Of a stretch of 64,000 bases of DNA, positions 42,856-51,639 are shown in pieces. The position numbers were made by a program, and so were the translations under genes. Source of the DNA: Parasporobacterium sp. (GTDB taxonomy: Bacteria; Bacillota; Clostridia; Lachnospirales; Lachnospiraceae); assembly GCA_017510065.1 (NCBI GenBank), contig JAFWOB010000184.1:4671-68670 (forward strand), given 5' to 3'. The notes below the pieces were generated by a model, which saw only the letters and a list, made by a program, of their open reading frames with translations, had not been told where the DNA came from and ran no database searches. Every line of letters begins with the position of its first letter. Position 1 is the stretch's first letter.

Positions 42856-43583
42856 TTCACTGCGCCTCCTTCCTGAACAGCGGCTTTCTCAGCCTCTCCT
42901 GCTGCCGACGTGCAGCCCTCACAGGAAGTCTTGCCGCAGGATGCCGCAGACGGACAGGTATCACATCCATATTCCGTGATCCTCTTGTTGCGGTGCTTCG
43001 TGATCCTGTTGACCAGAGCCATCAGGCAGGCAAATACGAAAAATCCGCCGGGTGCCATGGTCATAAGGGAAATGTTGTTGTCCTTCAGCACCGGGATCTC
43101 CATACCAAACCATGTGCCGCTGCCGAGGATCTCACGGATCGACGCCATGACAAGAAGGGTCAGGGTAAACCCGATTCCCATGCCGACTGCATCCAGGAAC
43201 GATGCAAAGGGTTTGTTCTTATTGGCAAACATCTCGGCCCTTCCCAGGATGATACAGTTAACAACGATCAGGGACAGGTAGATGCCCAGCGCTTCATACA
43301 GACTGTAGGCGTAAGCCTCCATCACCAGCTCGATAATGGTAACAAAGCCGGCGATAACGGTAATATAGCAGGGGATCCTGACCTTGTCCGGGATAATATT
43401 GCGAAGCAGGGAGATCACGATGTTGGAACAGATCAGAACGAATGTAAATGCGATTCCCATGCCGATGGCATTGGAGGCCTGGGTCGTGACCGCAAGTGTA
43501 GGGCAGGTTCCCAGGACAAGCACCAATACCGGATTTTCTTTGATAATACCCTTTGTGAGTATTGATAACTTAGATTCTTTCAC
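42852..43583 (-). CDS. rnfE: Rnf complex subunit E with a C-terminal Cys-rich tail
   Basis: 243 aa. RnfE/NqrD-like core (LVLGTCPTLAVT) plus a ~45-aa tail CDTCPSAASCGKTSCEGC. Confidence 0.9.
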   Translation of the reverse strand: MKESKLSILTKGIIKENPVLVLVLGTCPTLAVTTQASNAIGMGIAFTFVLICSNIVISLLRNIIPDKVRIPCYITVIAGFVTIIELVMEAYAYSLYEALGIYLSLIVVNCIILGRAEMFANKNKPFASFLDAVGMGIGFTLTLLVMASIREILGSGTWFGMEIPVLKDNNISLMTMAPGGFFVFACLMALVNRITKHRNKRITEYGCDTCPSAASCGKTSCEGCTSAAGEAEKAAVQEGGAVK

Positions 43584-43586
43584 TGT

Positions 43587-44120
43587 TTATTCCACCCCCG
43601 TAACGATCCCGAATGCTTCAAATGCATCCGCAACTGCTCCAAGATAAGCTTTGGAAGAGATTGTGGCGCCGGAGATTGCGCTCACGCCTTCCAGCATTTC
43701 ATCCTTGCCGGAGAACTGGCTCCGGAAAGGTTCTTCTGCTGTCTTGGATCCCATACCTTTGGTCTCACTGTGTTTTAATGTCTTGACGTCGATGATCTTT
43801 CCTTCATTATCCATTCCCAGGATCAGATCCATCTCACCGCCGTATCCCATCGTTGTCAGCATAAACACATAGCCGGTGTCGTTGGTGGCTTTGTATACTT
43901 CCTTGACAGTGGAAGGAAGGCTTTCCGCCTCGATCAGTTCAAATCCGTCTGCATCCGGTATGATCTCTGCTCTGGCTGCCTCGGCCCGTTCCAGGGCAGA
44001 CTGCCTGATCACCGGTTCCGTTGCGCTGTTGGTCAGGGCAAGGAGTGCCGTGATCACCAGACAGATGATCGTAAGAACGGCAATGGGCATTACAAAATCT
44101 TTTTTCACTGAGCTTTTCAT
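43587..44120 (-). CDS. rnfG: Rnf complex subunit G (FMN-binding)
   Basis: 177 aa. N-terminal anchor and the FMN-attachment motif SGATISS. Confidence 0.9.
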   Translation of the reverse strand: MKSSVKKDFVMPIAVLTIICLVITALLALTNSATEPVIRQSALERAEAARAEIIPDADGFELIEAESLPSTVKEVYKATNDTGYVFMLTTMGYGGEMDLILGMDNEGKIIDVKTLKHSETKGMGSKTAEEPFRSQFSGKDEMLEGVSAISGATISSKAYLGAVADAFEAFGIVTGVE

Positions 44121-45034
44121 GCCTTTGCACCTCCTACCGGTCTCGTGATCCTGATCCGGTTGATGTAAGGAGTCAGGATGTTCATTAACAGGATGGAATA
44201 GGACACGCCTTCCGGATAATTGCCGTATACACGGATGATCACGGTTAGGATGCCGGCTCCGAGTCCGAATACGACTTTGCCGATGGCCGAATACGGAGTC
44301 GTCACATAGTCGGTCGCCATAAAGATCGCGCCGAGCATCAGTCCGCCGGACATGATCTGGTACACAGGCATCTGGCCCAAGGCGAGGGTGAATAAAAAGA
44401 CGGTTCCGATATAAACCACCGGCGTATGCCAGGTGATCACTTTACGGATCACCAGATAGATCCCGCCCAGCAGAAGGGCAAGGACGGAAGTCTCGCCAAG
44501 GCAGCCGCCTCTTACGCCGAGGAACATCTGTAAAAGGCTTGGGAGCTGGTCCGTTGCGCCTGTGGAGATCAGCCCTAAAGGCGTTGCGGAAGAGACCGCA
44601 TCCGGAAATACCCAGGTGGTCATAGAGACGGAAAATGCCAGAAACATCACGATACGGGCGGTGATCGCCGGGTTTACAAAGTTCTTGCCGACGCCGCCGA
44701 ACAGCTGCTTGATGCCGATGATCGCCACGATACAACCGATGAGCGCCTGCCAGATGGGGATGCCCACCGGAAGGTTATAGGCCAGCAGGATACCGGTTAC
44801 CACAGCGGTCAGGTCCCCTACCGTCACTTTCTGATGCATCAGTTTCTGCCAGATAAATTCAGAAAGAACACAGCCCGCCACACAGACGCCGGTCACCACA
44901 ACAGCCCGGTACCCGAAAATGATCACCGATGCGATCAATGCCGGCATAAGGGCGATGATCACATCCACCATGATCCTCGGTGTGGACGTTTTCTGCCGGA
45001 TATGAGGGGAAGAAGAAACGGTTAAACTGCTCAT
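44117..45034 (-). CDS. rnfD: Rnf complex subunit D
   Basis: 305 aa polytopic membrane protein; NqrB/RnfD family with a C-terminal FMN site region. Confidence 0.9.
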   Translation of the reverse strand: MSSLTVSSSPHIRQKTSTPRIMVDVIIALMPALIASVIIFGYRAVVVTGVCVAGCVLSEFIWQKLMHQKVTVGDLTAVVTGILLAYNLPVGIPIWQALIGCIVAIIGIKQLFGGVGKNFVNPAITARIVMFLAFSVSMTTWVFPDAVSSATPLGLISTGATDQLPSLLQMFLGVRGGCLGETSVLALLLGGIYLVIRKVITWHTPVVYIGTVFLFTLALGQMPVYQIMSGGLMLGAIFMATDYVTTPYSAIGKVVFGLGAGILTVIIRVYGNYPEGVSYSILLMNILTPYINRIRITRPVGGAKA

Positions 45035-46374
45035 TTGTTTTCCTCCTTTGCTGCCTTTTTCTCGGCCTCCAGTTTTTTAGCTGTCTGGTAATCCCGCAGC
45101 ATGGCCTTGGACAGCTTCATCACATGGACGAGAGGTCTTTTTGCCGGGCAGCCGAAAGCACAGCAGCCGCATTCCATACAAAGGCCGACCTTTTCCTGTT
45201 CCAGGATTTCCGGTTTTTTCAGGTTAAAGGCTCTTTCGATCTCCAGAGGAAGAAGCCGCATCGGACAATGCTTGACGCAATTGCCGCAGCGGATACAGGC
45301 GGTAGGTTCCGGAAGGATCCCGTCTTCTCTGTCAAATGCCAGCACCGCATTGGTCCCCTTCAGGACCGGTACTTCCGCATCCGGCACCGCGATGCCCATC
45401 ATGGGGCCGCCGTACAGGATCTTGGCGGGATCCGTCTTAAAGCCGCCGCAGAATTCAAAGAGGTATTTGATCGGCGTCCCGATCGGAGCGATCACATTCT
45501 GTGGTTTTGCCACAGCGGAGCCGTCCACGGTAATGCATTTTTCCACCAGCGGCATACCGGTAGTGATATAGCGGTACAATGCTGCCAGTGAGGTACAGTT
45601 CATCACGATACAGCCGGCGTCTGCAGGAAGTTTCCCCTCCGGCACCTCACGGCCTGTGATGTTGTAGATCAGGACTTTTTCACCGCCCTGCGGGTACATG
45701 GCAGGAAGAGATTCCACTCTCATGCCCTGTTTTCCCTGGCACAGTGTCCCCAGCTTACGGATGCACTCCTGCTTATTGTTTTCAATCCCGAAAACCACTT
45801 CCGGAATCTGAAGATACTTCTGGACGAGTTCGGCACCTCCGACGATCAGTTCCGCATCGTCCAGCATCGTCCTTGTATCGGACGTGATATAGGGCTCGCA
45901 TTCTGCTCCGTTTACCAGCAGATAGTCGATCTTCACGCCGTCTTTCACAGACAGTTTTACCGATGCGGGAAATCCTGCACCGCCCAGACCTACCAGACCG
46001 CTGGCTTTCACGGCTTCGATCAGTTCCTGCTTCGAGGTGACCGGGACAGGCGCCATATCCGGACAGACTTCCTGTTCTCCGTCTGTTTCGATAATGACTG
46101 CCGTTCCTTTCTGTCCCGTAGACAGCAGGATCTCATCAATCTTTTTCACTTTCCCGGACACTCCGGAATGGATCGGCGCAGATACAAATCCACCTGCCTC
46201 CGCGATCATCTGCCCTACTTTGACCGGATCACCGGCTTTAACCACAGGTTTCGCCGGCGCACCGATATGCATGGACATGGGGATGATCACTTCAGGAGGA
46301 ATCGGGATCCGGACTGCAGCAAGATCTGCTGTATGTTTCCAGTGAGGCGCTTTAACGCCGTGCAATCTTTTCAC
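45031..46374 (-). CDS. rnfC: Rnf complex subunit C (NADH-binding, 2x[4Fe-4S])
   Basis: 447 aa. Contains GLGGAGFP plus CIRCGNCVKHCP and CMECGCCAFGCP. Confidence 0.9.
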   Translation of the reverse strand: MKRLHGVKAPHWKHTADLAAVRIPIPPEVIIPMSMHIGAPAKPVVKAGDPVKVGQMIAEAGGFVSAPIHSGVSGKVKKIDEILLSTGQKGTAVIIETDGEQEVCPDMAPVPVTSKQELIEAVKASGLVGLGGAGFPASVKLSVKDGVKIDYLLVNGAECEPYITSDTRTMLDDAELIVGGAELVQKYLQIPEVVFGIENNKQECIRKLGTLCQGKQGMRVESLPAMYPQGGEKVLIYNITGREVPEGKLPADAGCIVMNCTSLAALYRYITTGMPLVEKCITVDGSAVAKPQNVIAPIGTPIKYLFEFCGGFKTDPAKILYGGPMMGIAVPDAEVPVLKGTNAVLAFDREDGILPEPTACIRCGNCVKHCPMRLLPLEIERAFNLKKPEILEQEKVGLCMECGCCAFGCPAKRPLVHVMKLSKAMLRDYQTAKKLEAEKKAAKEENK

Positions 46375-46423
46375 TTCTTTTCTCCTTCGGTTTTTTTATG
46401 ATACAGTTCACACGATTATAATA

Positions 46424-46452
46424 ATGATACTCACAGCGATGCGTTTTTTCAA
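46424..46452 (-). promoter_or_regulatory. candidate promoter of the rnf operon
   Basis: Minus strand: TTGAAA (46452-47), 17 nt, TATCAT (46429-24). Confidence 0.4.
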
Positions 46453-46501
46453 GGGATAGTTAATTATTAGTCAGGAATCCTAAGTGATTGTGATCATTTA
46501 T

Positions 46502-46569
46502 GAAAAAAGCCCCGGGACCCGCATCTGAAAACATCTTTGATGATGGTTTTCAGAGGCGGATCCCGGGGC
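46502..46569 (-). terminator. long-hairpin intrinsic terminator after the SPFH gene (hairpin H1)
   Basis: 24-bp stem (22 paired) GCCCCGGGACCCGCATCTGAAAAC / GTTTTCAGAGGCGGATCCCGGGGC with a 13-nt loop. Followed by UUUUUU on the minus strand. Confidence 0.8.
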
Positions 46570-46615
46570 AGTCTGTACCTTTATGCGTACCGGTCAGCTG
46601 ATTAGGATCTGCTGA

Positions 46616-47425
46616 TTATTTTGTGCTGTTTTCCAGAGTGTCGACCGATACAAATGTGCCGCTGCTGCCGGTGACTTTCGGAAGGATACCGTCCCATTTC
46701 TGGATCTTCTGGTATTCGATGATCTCTTCTGTCAGGGACTCGGCGATGGTCTTGTTGGCATCGGCTTCTGCCTGGGCTCTGATCCTGATGGATTCTGCTT
46801 CCGCCTGGGCATTGGTGATCGCTCTTTGTTTGTCGGTCTCCGCTTTCAGAAGCTGCTGTTGAGCGACCTGTTTCTCTTCGATTGCCGTGATGAAGGCTTC
46901 TGAGAATTCAAAGTTGATGATATTGACGTCCGTTACATAAAGTCCTGCATCGTTCAGCTTCTCGTTCAGTCCCTCTACCAGGCCTTCCGAGATCATGTTC
47001 CTGTTGGTCACGCTCTCCTCTGCCGTATACTGAGCCGTAATGGCTTTCAGAACTTCGTTGACTGCCGGGGTGATCAGGATGCCTTCATAGTTCGGTCCTA
47101 CATTTTTGTAAATGCTGTAAGATTTGGAAGTATCCACCCGGTAGTTGATCGCCAGTATGGTATCTACGGTCTGCAGGTCCTTGGAAAATGCTTCCGTATG
47201 CACTTCCAGTTTCACGATCCTGTTGTCGATCATCACAATATTCTGGATAAACGGGATCTTCAGATGCAGACCTTCCTGCAGGGTGCTCTCCGTCACCTTT
47301 CCCATGGTTACGATAACGCCGGTATGTCCGGCTTCCACCACGGAGAAGGCGTTAAAAAAGAAGATCAGAACAACGATAATGGCAATGATGGCAATGATCA
47401 CCTTTTTACTGATTTTTTTCTGCAT
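46616..47425 (-). CDS. SPFH/band 7 (prohibitin/HflC-like) membrane protein
   Basis: 269 aa. N-terminal TM helix, SPFH domain, and a coiled-coil (QQQLLKAETDKQRAITNAQAEAES). Confidence 0.85.
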   Translation of the reverse strand: MQKKISKKVIIAIIAIIVVLIFFFNAFSVVEAGHTGVIVTMGKVTESTLQEGLHLKIPFIQNIVMIDNRIVKLEVHTEAFSKDLQTVDTILAINYRVDTSKSYSIYKNVGPNYEGILITPAVNEVLKAITAQYTAEESVTNRNMISEGLVEGLNEKLNDAGLYVTDVNIINFEFSEAFITAIEEKQVAQQQLLKAETDKQRAITNAQAEAESIRIRAQAEADANKTIAESLTEEIIEYQKIQKWDGILPKVTGSSGTFVSVDTLENSTK

Positions 47426-47572
47426 GATATGTCTCCTCTCTGCATGCGGACCGTTTGAAAACGGTCCGCTGTCTGTTTCTTATGTTTCCCTGATTATAAC
47501 AGGATCGTTCGGTAGATAAATAAATACGTTTGCAAGAATCGGTGCCTTATTGTCCCGTTTTAGAAAAATAGA

Positions 47573-50386
47573 TTATCCGATCAATACGCCGGAAGCATTG
47601 AAGGTATATGTCTTTCCATCGATCTTCCGCGTGCCGGTTACCATGGCGCCACCGGACAGGAAATAATACCATTTGCGGTTGATCCTCTTCCAACCGGTTA
47701 CCATAGAACCGCTGCTTTCAAAATAGTACCACTTGCTGCTGATCTTCTTCCAGCCGGTCACCATCTCTCCGCTGCTTTCCAGATAATACCATTTGCTGCT
47801 CTTGTTCAGCCAGCCGGTCTGCATCACGCCGCTTCCGTTAAAATAGTACCATTTTTTGGAAATCTGCTGCCAGCCAGTCTGCATAGCTCCGTTACTGGCA
47901 AAATAAAACCATTTGCTGCCAATCTTTTTCCAGCCGGTCTGCATGTAACCGGAACTGTCAAAATAATACCATGTGCCGTCGATCTTCTGCCATCCGGTTA
48001 CCGGCAGTCCGTCCTTGAAGAAACACCAGCCATTTTCCTGCCGCATCCACATACCGCTTTTACTGAAGTTAAGAACCAGCTCAAATCCCAGGGACGGGTT
48101 ATACTCCATATAGAAGTGAAGTACTACCGTTCCCGCTTTTTTGATCTTGAAATTGTATATCCCGCTGGAAATTCTCGCAGGTGTTTCCAGAACGGCCTGA
48201 TTGGAGTTTTCGATGATCATCTGGTTAAAACCGTCCTCGCCATCCGTATAATAAAACCAGCATTCAATGTTGCTGCCGATGGGGTTATTAAGCGGAAATC
48301 CGGAATAAAAATACCCATCCTCTGAAATACTGTTGCGCCAGACTAAGCTGTACTCGGTGGGAGCCTGCCCCGTAATGGTTTTCCCGCATCTGCTGCAGAC
48401 TGCGGTAAACTGATTGCTGCTGTTTAATGTATAATCGGAAAACTGGTGATGGCAGGTTACAGTCATGACATAGGAAGCGGTAAATGTAGTTCCCAGCTTA
48501 GCCGTAATGGTGGCTGTTCCCGGTTTCAGTGTGGTTACCCAGCCGCTTGAAGACACTTTTGCCACCGTTTTCTTGGAAGAGGCCCATGTCAGATTCGTGT
48601 CTGCGATCGGGATGGAGCCAAAGGTTCCATCGTCTTCATCAGTCAGATAAAAACGGGCATTCAGCTTGAACGTTTCATCATCAAGATGGGTCCCTTCCGC
48701 CAGGTCAAACCGAAGGACTGCAGTACCCAGCAGATCCTGCCTGATCTGTGCATTGACAACCAGGTCCTGATCCGGAAGCTGGGTTGCCGTCTCTGCCACG
48801 CCTCCGCCGAAACACTGTACCCAGTAATAATTCCCGTTAATGATAAAACAGCCGACCCCGATGGACCTGTAACCGCCCAGGATATTTGCCCTATGCCCCT
48901 CGGAATTCATCCATTGGTTCATGGTCCCTGCAGCGGTGGAGGAACCGGCAGCGATATTTTCCCCGCTCATTTTACTGCAGGCGGAAAAGCAGGAGCTTCC
49001 GTCCGGCCTGGTATGGGAAAAGCTTACCGCAATTTCCCCGGCCCGAAGCATAGCCGCTTCCAGCAGGTCTTGATCCATCACAAGCGCAGAAAGACCTTCT
49101 TTAGCCCGCTCCTGATTTACCAGAGTAAGCACCTCATAAGCCAGGGTATAACTGACCTGTCCAGTATAGGTTACCGTCTCTCCGGTAACCGCCGTTGTAA
49201 GCTTTATTTCCTCGACTGTTACCGTTGTATCATCGGTCACAAGAATCTCATACTCGATCTGATTGATGGTGACTTTCAGCCATTCCTCACTGGTAAAGTC
49301 TTTATGGGAGGTCAGCATCCAGATGCCGTCTTCCTGCACGGCACTAAAAAGTTCTTCATTGCTGCACTGAACATCTGTCACTTCTCCCGTCAGACCAAGC
49401 TCCTCCAGAATATCCGAAAGCCGGATGCTGCTGCCGCTCTCCAGGATATACTGCAGTTTATGATACGTGAATTCCACCGTATAATAGGAGAAGCTGTCTG
49501 TCTCCGCATAGACGGCGCATCCATCAATTCCGATCGTTTCTTCTTCGTAGAGTACTCCTGTGTCCATTTCCTGCACAAACCCGGCATCGGAAATATGGTA
49601 GATCTGTGCTTTCAGGTTGCTGTCCTGCGTTTCTTCAGCAGAAAAAGATACGGTCACCTTCTGTCCGTCCTTCGGCTGCAGTTCTTCGCCTGCTCCATCA
49701 AGCACTTTGATATCGAGGGTATAGGAGACTGCCACAACTTCATCTTCCCTGCGGACACTATCAATCAGGCTTTCCACGTTCTGCCGGACGCTGGCAGGCA
49801 CGGATTGTACAGACAGTACTGCATCTGCCGGGAATACTCCTTCCGGCGCACTGACAGAAACAAGAACTCCCTCCACTTGCGCATTCCCAAAAAATGCCGG
49901 CAGCTCTTCTTCCGAAATTTCTTCCGTTTCTGGTTCTGTCTGAGGTTCTTCTGCTGCTTCTTCCAGGAGCTCGCCGATGGTCTCTTCTTCTGCAGTCTCT
50001 TCCTGCGTTGTTTCCTCTTCGGTAGTTTCTTCCTCGGTGGTTTCTTCCTCTGTTGTCTCTTCCTCCGTGGGCTCTTCTATGGTCGTCTCTTCTTCCGTAG
50101 TCGCTTCCTCGGCAGCCTCTTCAGTCGTTGTCTCTTCTTCTGTGGGCACTTCCTCTGTTGTCTCTTCTTTCGTGGTCGCTTCTATGGTCGTCTCTTCTTC
50201 GATCGCTTCTATGACAGGCTCTTTTGTGGTCTCATCAATGTCTGCCTCTGTCACGGCAATTTCTTCTGCAGCTTCCTGTTCCGCATACTGCGTTTCCTCC
50301 GCAGAAACCGGAAGCACGATGCAGCTGAGGATCATGCATACAGCTAAGATCAATACTGTTGTTTTCTGTAATAGGTATTTCATCAT
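47573..50386 (-). CDS. secreted surface protein: E/T-rich linker, CAP/SCP domain, Big_2-like domain, C-terminal cell-wall-binding (CW_binding_1) repeats
   Basis: Start at ATG 50386 (AGGAGAG 7 nt upstream) gives the signal peptide MMKYLLQKTTVLILAVCMILSCIVLPVSA. CAP-like region LVNQERAKEGL...NIAAG...WMNSEGHRANIL. Seven GW-x-K-x4-W-YYF 20-aa repeats at the C-terminus. Confidence 0.8.
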   Translation of the reverse strand: MMKYLLQKTTVLILAVCMILSCIVLPVSAEETQYAEQEAAEEIAVTEADIDETTKEPVIEAIEEETTIEATTKEETTEEVPTEEETTTEEAAEEATTEEETTIEEPTEEETTEEETTEEETTEEETTQEETAEEETIGELLEEAAEEPQTEPETEEISEEELPAFFGNAQVEGVLVSVSAPEGVFPADAVLSVQSVPASVRQNVESLIDSVRREDEVVAVSYTLDIKVLDGAGEELQPKDGQKVTVSFSAEETQDSNLKAQIYHISDAGFVQEMDTGVLYEEETIGIDGCAVYAETDSFSYYTVEFTYHKLQYILESGSSIRLSDILEELGLTGEVTDVQCSNEELFSAVQEDGIWMLTSHKDFTSEEWLKVTINQIEYEILVTDDTTVTVEEIKLTTAVTGETVTYTGQVSYTLAYEVLTLVNQERAKEGLSALVMDQDLLEAAMLRAGEIAVSFSHTRPDGSSCFSACSKMSGENIAAGSSTAAGTMNQWMNSEGHRANILGGYRSIGVGCFIINGNYYWVQCFGGGVAETATQLPDQDLVVNAQIRQDLLGTAVLRFDLAEGTHLDDETFKLNARFYLTDEDDGTFGSIPIADTNLTWASSKKTVAKVSSSGWVTTLKPGTATITAKLGTTFTASYVMTVTCHHQFSDYTLNSSNQFTAVCSRCGKTITGQAPTEYSLVWRNSISEDGYFYSGFPLNNPIGSNIECWFYYTDGEDGFNQMIIENSNQAVLETPARISSGIYNFKIKKAGTVVLHFYMEYNPSLGFELVLNFSKSGMWMRQENGWCFFKDGLPVTGWQKIDGTWYYFDSSGYMQTGWKKIGSKWFYFASNGAMQTGWQQISKKWYYFNGSGVMQTGWLNKSSKWYYLESSGEMVTGWKKISSKWYYFESSGSMVTGWKRINRKWYYFLSGGAMVTGTRKIDGKTYTFNASGVLIG
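47576..48050 (-). repeat. tandem 60-nt coding repeats (choline/cell-wall-binding repeats)
   Basis: GWQKIDGTWYYFDSSGYMQT, GWKKIGSKWFYFASNGAMQT, GWQQISKKWYYFNGSGVMQT and so on, about 7.5 copies. Confidence 0.85.
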
Positions 50387-50596
50387 TACATTTCTCTCCT
50401 GTCTTTTTTTATGCTTGTCAGCCTGATTATTACTGATGTTTGTTATTTTACTAATAAAACAGTATGGGTTCAATTATCCGCCGTCAAATTTCCTTCCCCG
50501 GCTGTCCTGAGGAAATAAAGAAAGAAGCATCCAATCCCGGATCTGGATCGAACGCTTCTCCTGCTTGATTCAAAATCAGGCTCCAATCAATCTGTT

Positions 50597-51511
50597 TTAC
50601 AGCCCGTTGATATACCGACAGGCAGCCAGGGCGGCAGTCGCGCCGTCCGCCGTCGCGGTTGTCAGCTGACGAACGAACTTGCTGCGGCAGTCCCCTGCCA
50701 CAAAAACTCCCGGGGTTTTGGTAAGACACTGCTCATCCGTATCAAAATAGCCATAGGAGTTCAGGTCCGCCAGATCAGCGAAGGGTTCGTTTTCCGGAAT
50801 CAGACCGATTGCCACAAACAGGCCGTCACAGGAGATCTGCTGGGTCTGACCGGAGGTACGGTCTTCCACTTCCACGCCGGTCAAGATGCCGTCAGCCGTG
50901 ATCAGACGATTGAACTTCACATTGGTGATCGCCCGGACATTCGGCTTGGAAAATAACACATCCTGAAGACGGGATTCCCCGGTAAAATACTCCAGATCCT
51001 GCAGCATGATCACTTCGCTGCTCTTCTCGGCAAGAAGGATCGCTTCCTGCAGCGCACTGTTGCCGCCGCCGGCAACACACACGGTTTTATCTGCATAGAA
51101 ATCCCCGTCGCAGACGGCACAGAAGGAAATACCTTCGCCCACCAGATCCTCTTCGCCTTCCAGACCAAGCATGCGGTGTTTGACACCGGTAGCCAGGATT
51201 ACGGTCCGTCCCTCGTAAACGCCGCCCTCTTCGGTCTTCACGATCTTGCTATCTCCTGCATCTTCCACAGATACTACGGTTTCGAACTCAATCTGAGCGC
51301 CCTGGGCAAGGATCTGGTCCAGGGTATGTTCTGCAAATTCATTGCCGCTCATGGACAGTGTGCCCGGATAATTCTCCACCTTCGGGGAATGGGTGATCTG
51401 GCCGCCGAATCCGGTTTTTTCGATCACAAGCGCCTGTTTTCCGTTTCTCTGTGCATAGAGTGCCGCGGTCATTCCGGCCGGCCCTCCGCCAACAATTATC
51501 ACATCTATCAT
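50597..51511 (-). CDS. trxB: thioredoxin-disulfide reductase
   Basis: 304 aa. GGGPAG FAD motif, redox-active CAVCDG, and GGGNSA NADPH motif. Confidence 0.9.
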   Translation of the reverse strand: MIDVIIVGGGPAGMTAALYAQRNGKQALVIEKTGFGGQITHSPKVENYPGTLSMSGNEFAEHTLDQILAQGAQIEFETVVSVEDAGDSKIVKTEEGGVYEGRTVILATGVKHRMLGLEGEEDLVGEGISFCAVCDGDFYADKTVCVAGGGNSALQEAILLAEKSSEVIMLQDLEYFTGESRLQDVLFSKPNVRAITNVKFNRLITADGILTGVEVEDRTSGQTQQISCDGLFVAIGLIPENEPFADLADLNSYGYFDTDEQCLTKTPGVFVAGDCRSKFVRQLTTATADGATAALAACRYINGL

Positions 51512-51546
51512 TTTTGCTCTCCGTATAATAGTTCTGTATGGTTACA

Positions 51547-51615
51547 GATTGCCCCCGATCCCTCTCTGAAAAACAATCAGCGAATGCGTTTTTCAGAGAG
51601 GGATCGGAGGCAATC
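51547..51615. repeat. 28-bp-stem hairpin (H2) between nrdD and trxB, related to H1
   Basis: GATTGCCCCCGATCCCTCTCTGAAAAAC / GTTTTTCAGAGAGGGATCGGAGGCAATC (27 of 28 paired) with a 13-nt loop. No U-tract follows on the minus strand. Confidence 0.8.
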
Positions 51616-51639
51616 CGTAAATCACACAGAATACTCTGT

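Noticed and set aside
46375-46500. Rex operator upstream of rnfC
   Set aside because: Only a half-match (GTGTGAAC-tgta-TCATAAA) to TTGTGAA-N4-TTCACAA was found, which is not enough to call.
47438-47470. Hairpin GCGGACCGTT-tgaa-AACGGTCCGC as a terminator of the cell-wall-binding protein gene
   Set aside because: The stem is real, but no U-tract follows on the coding (minus) strand, and it abuts the SD of the SPFH gene. Its role (weak terminator versus 5' stabiliser) cannot be decided from sequence, so it is not listed as a feature.
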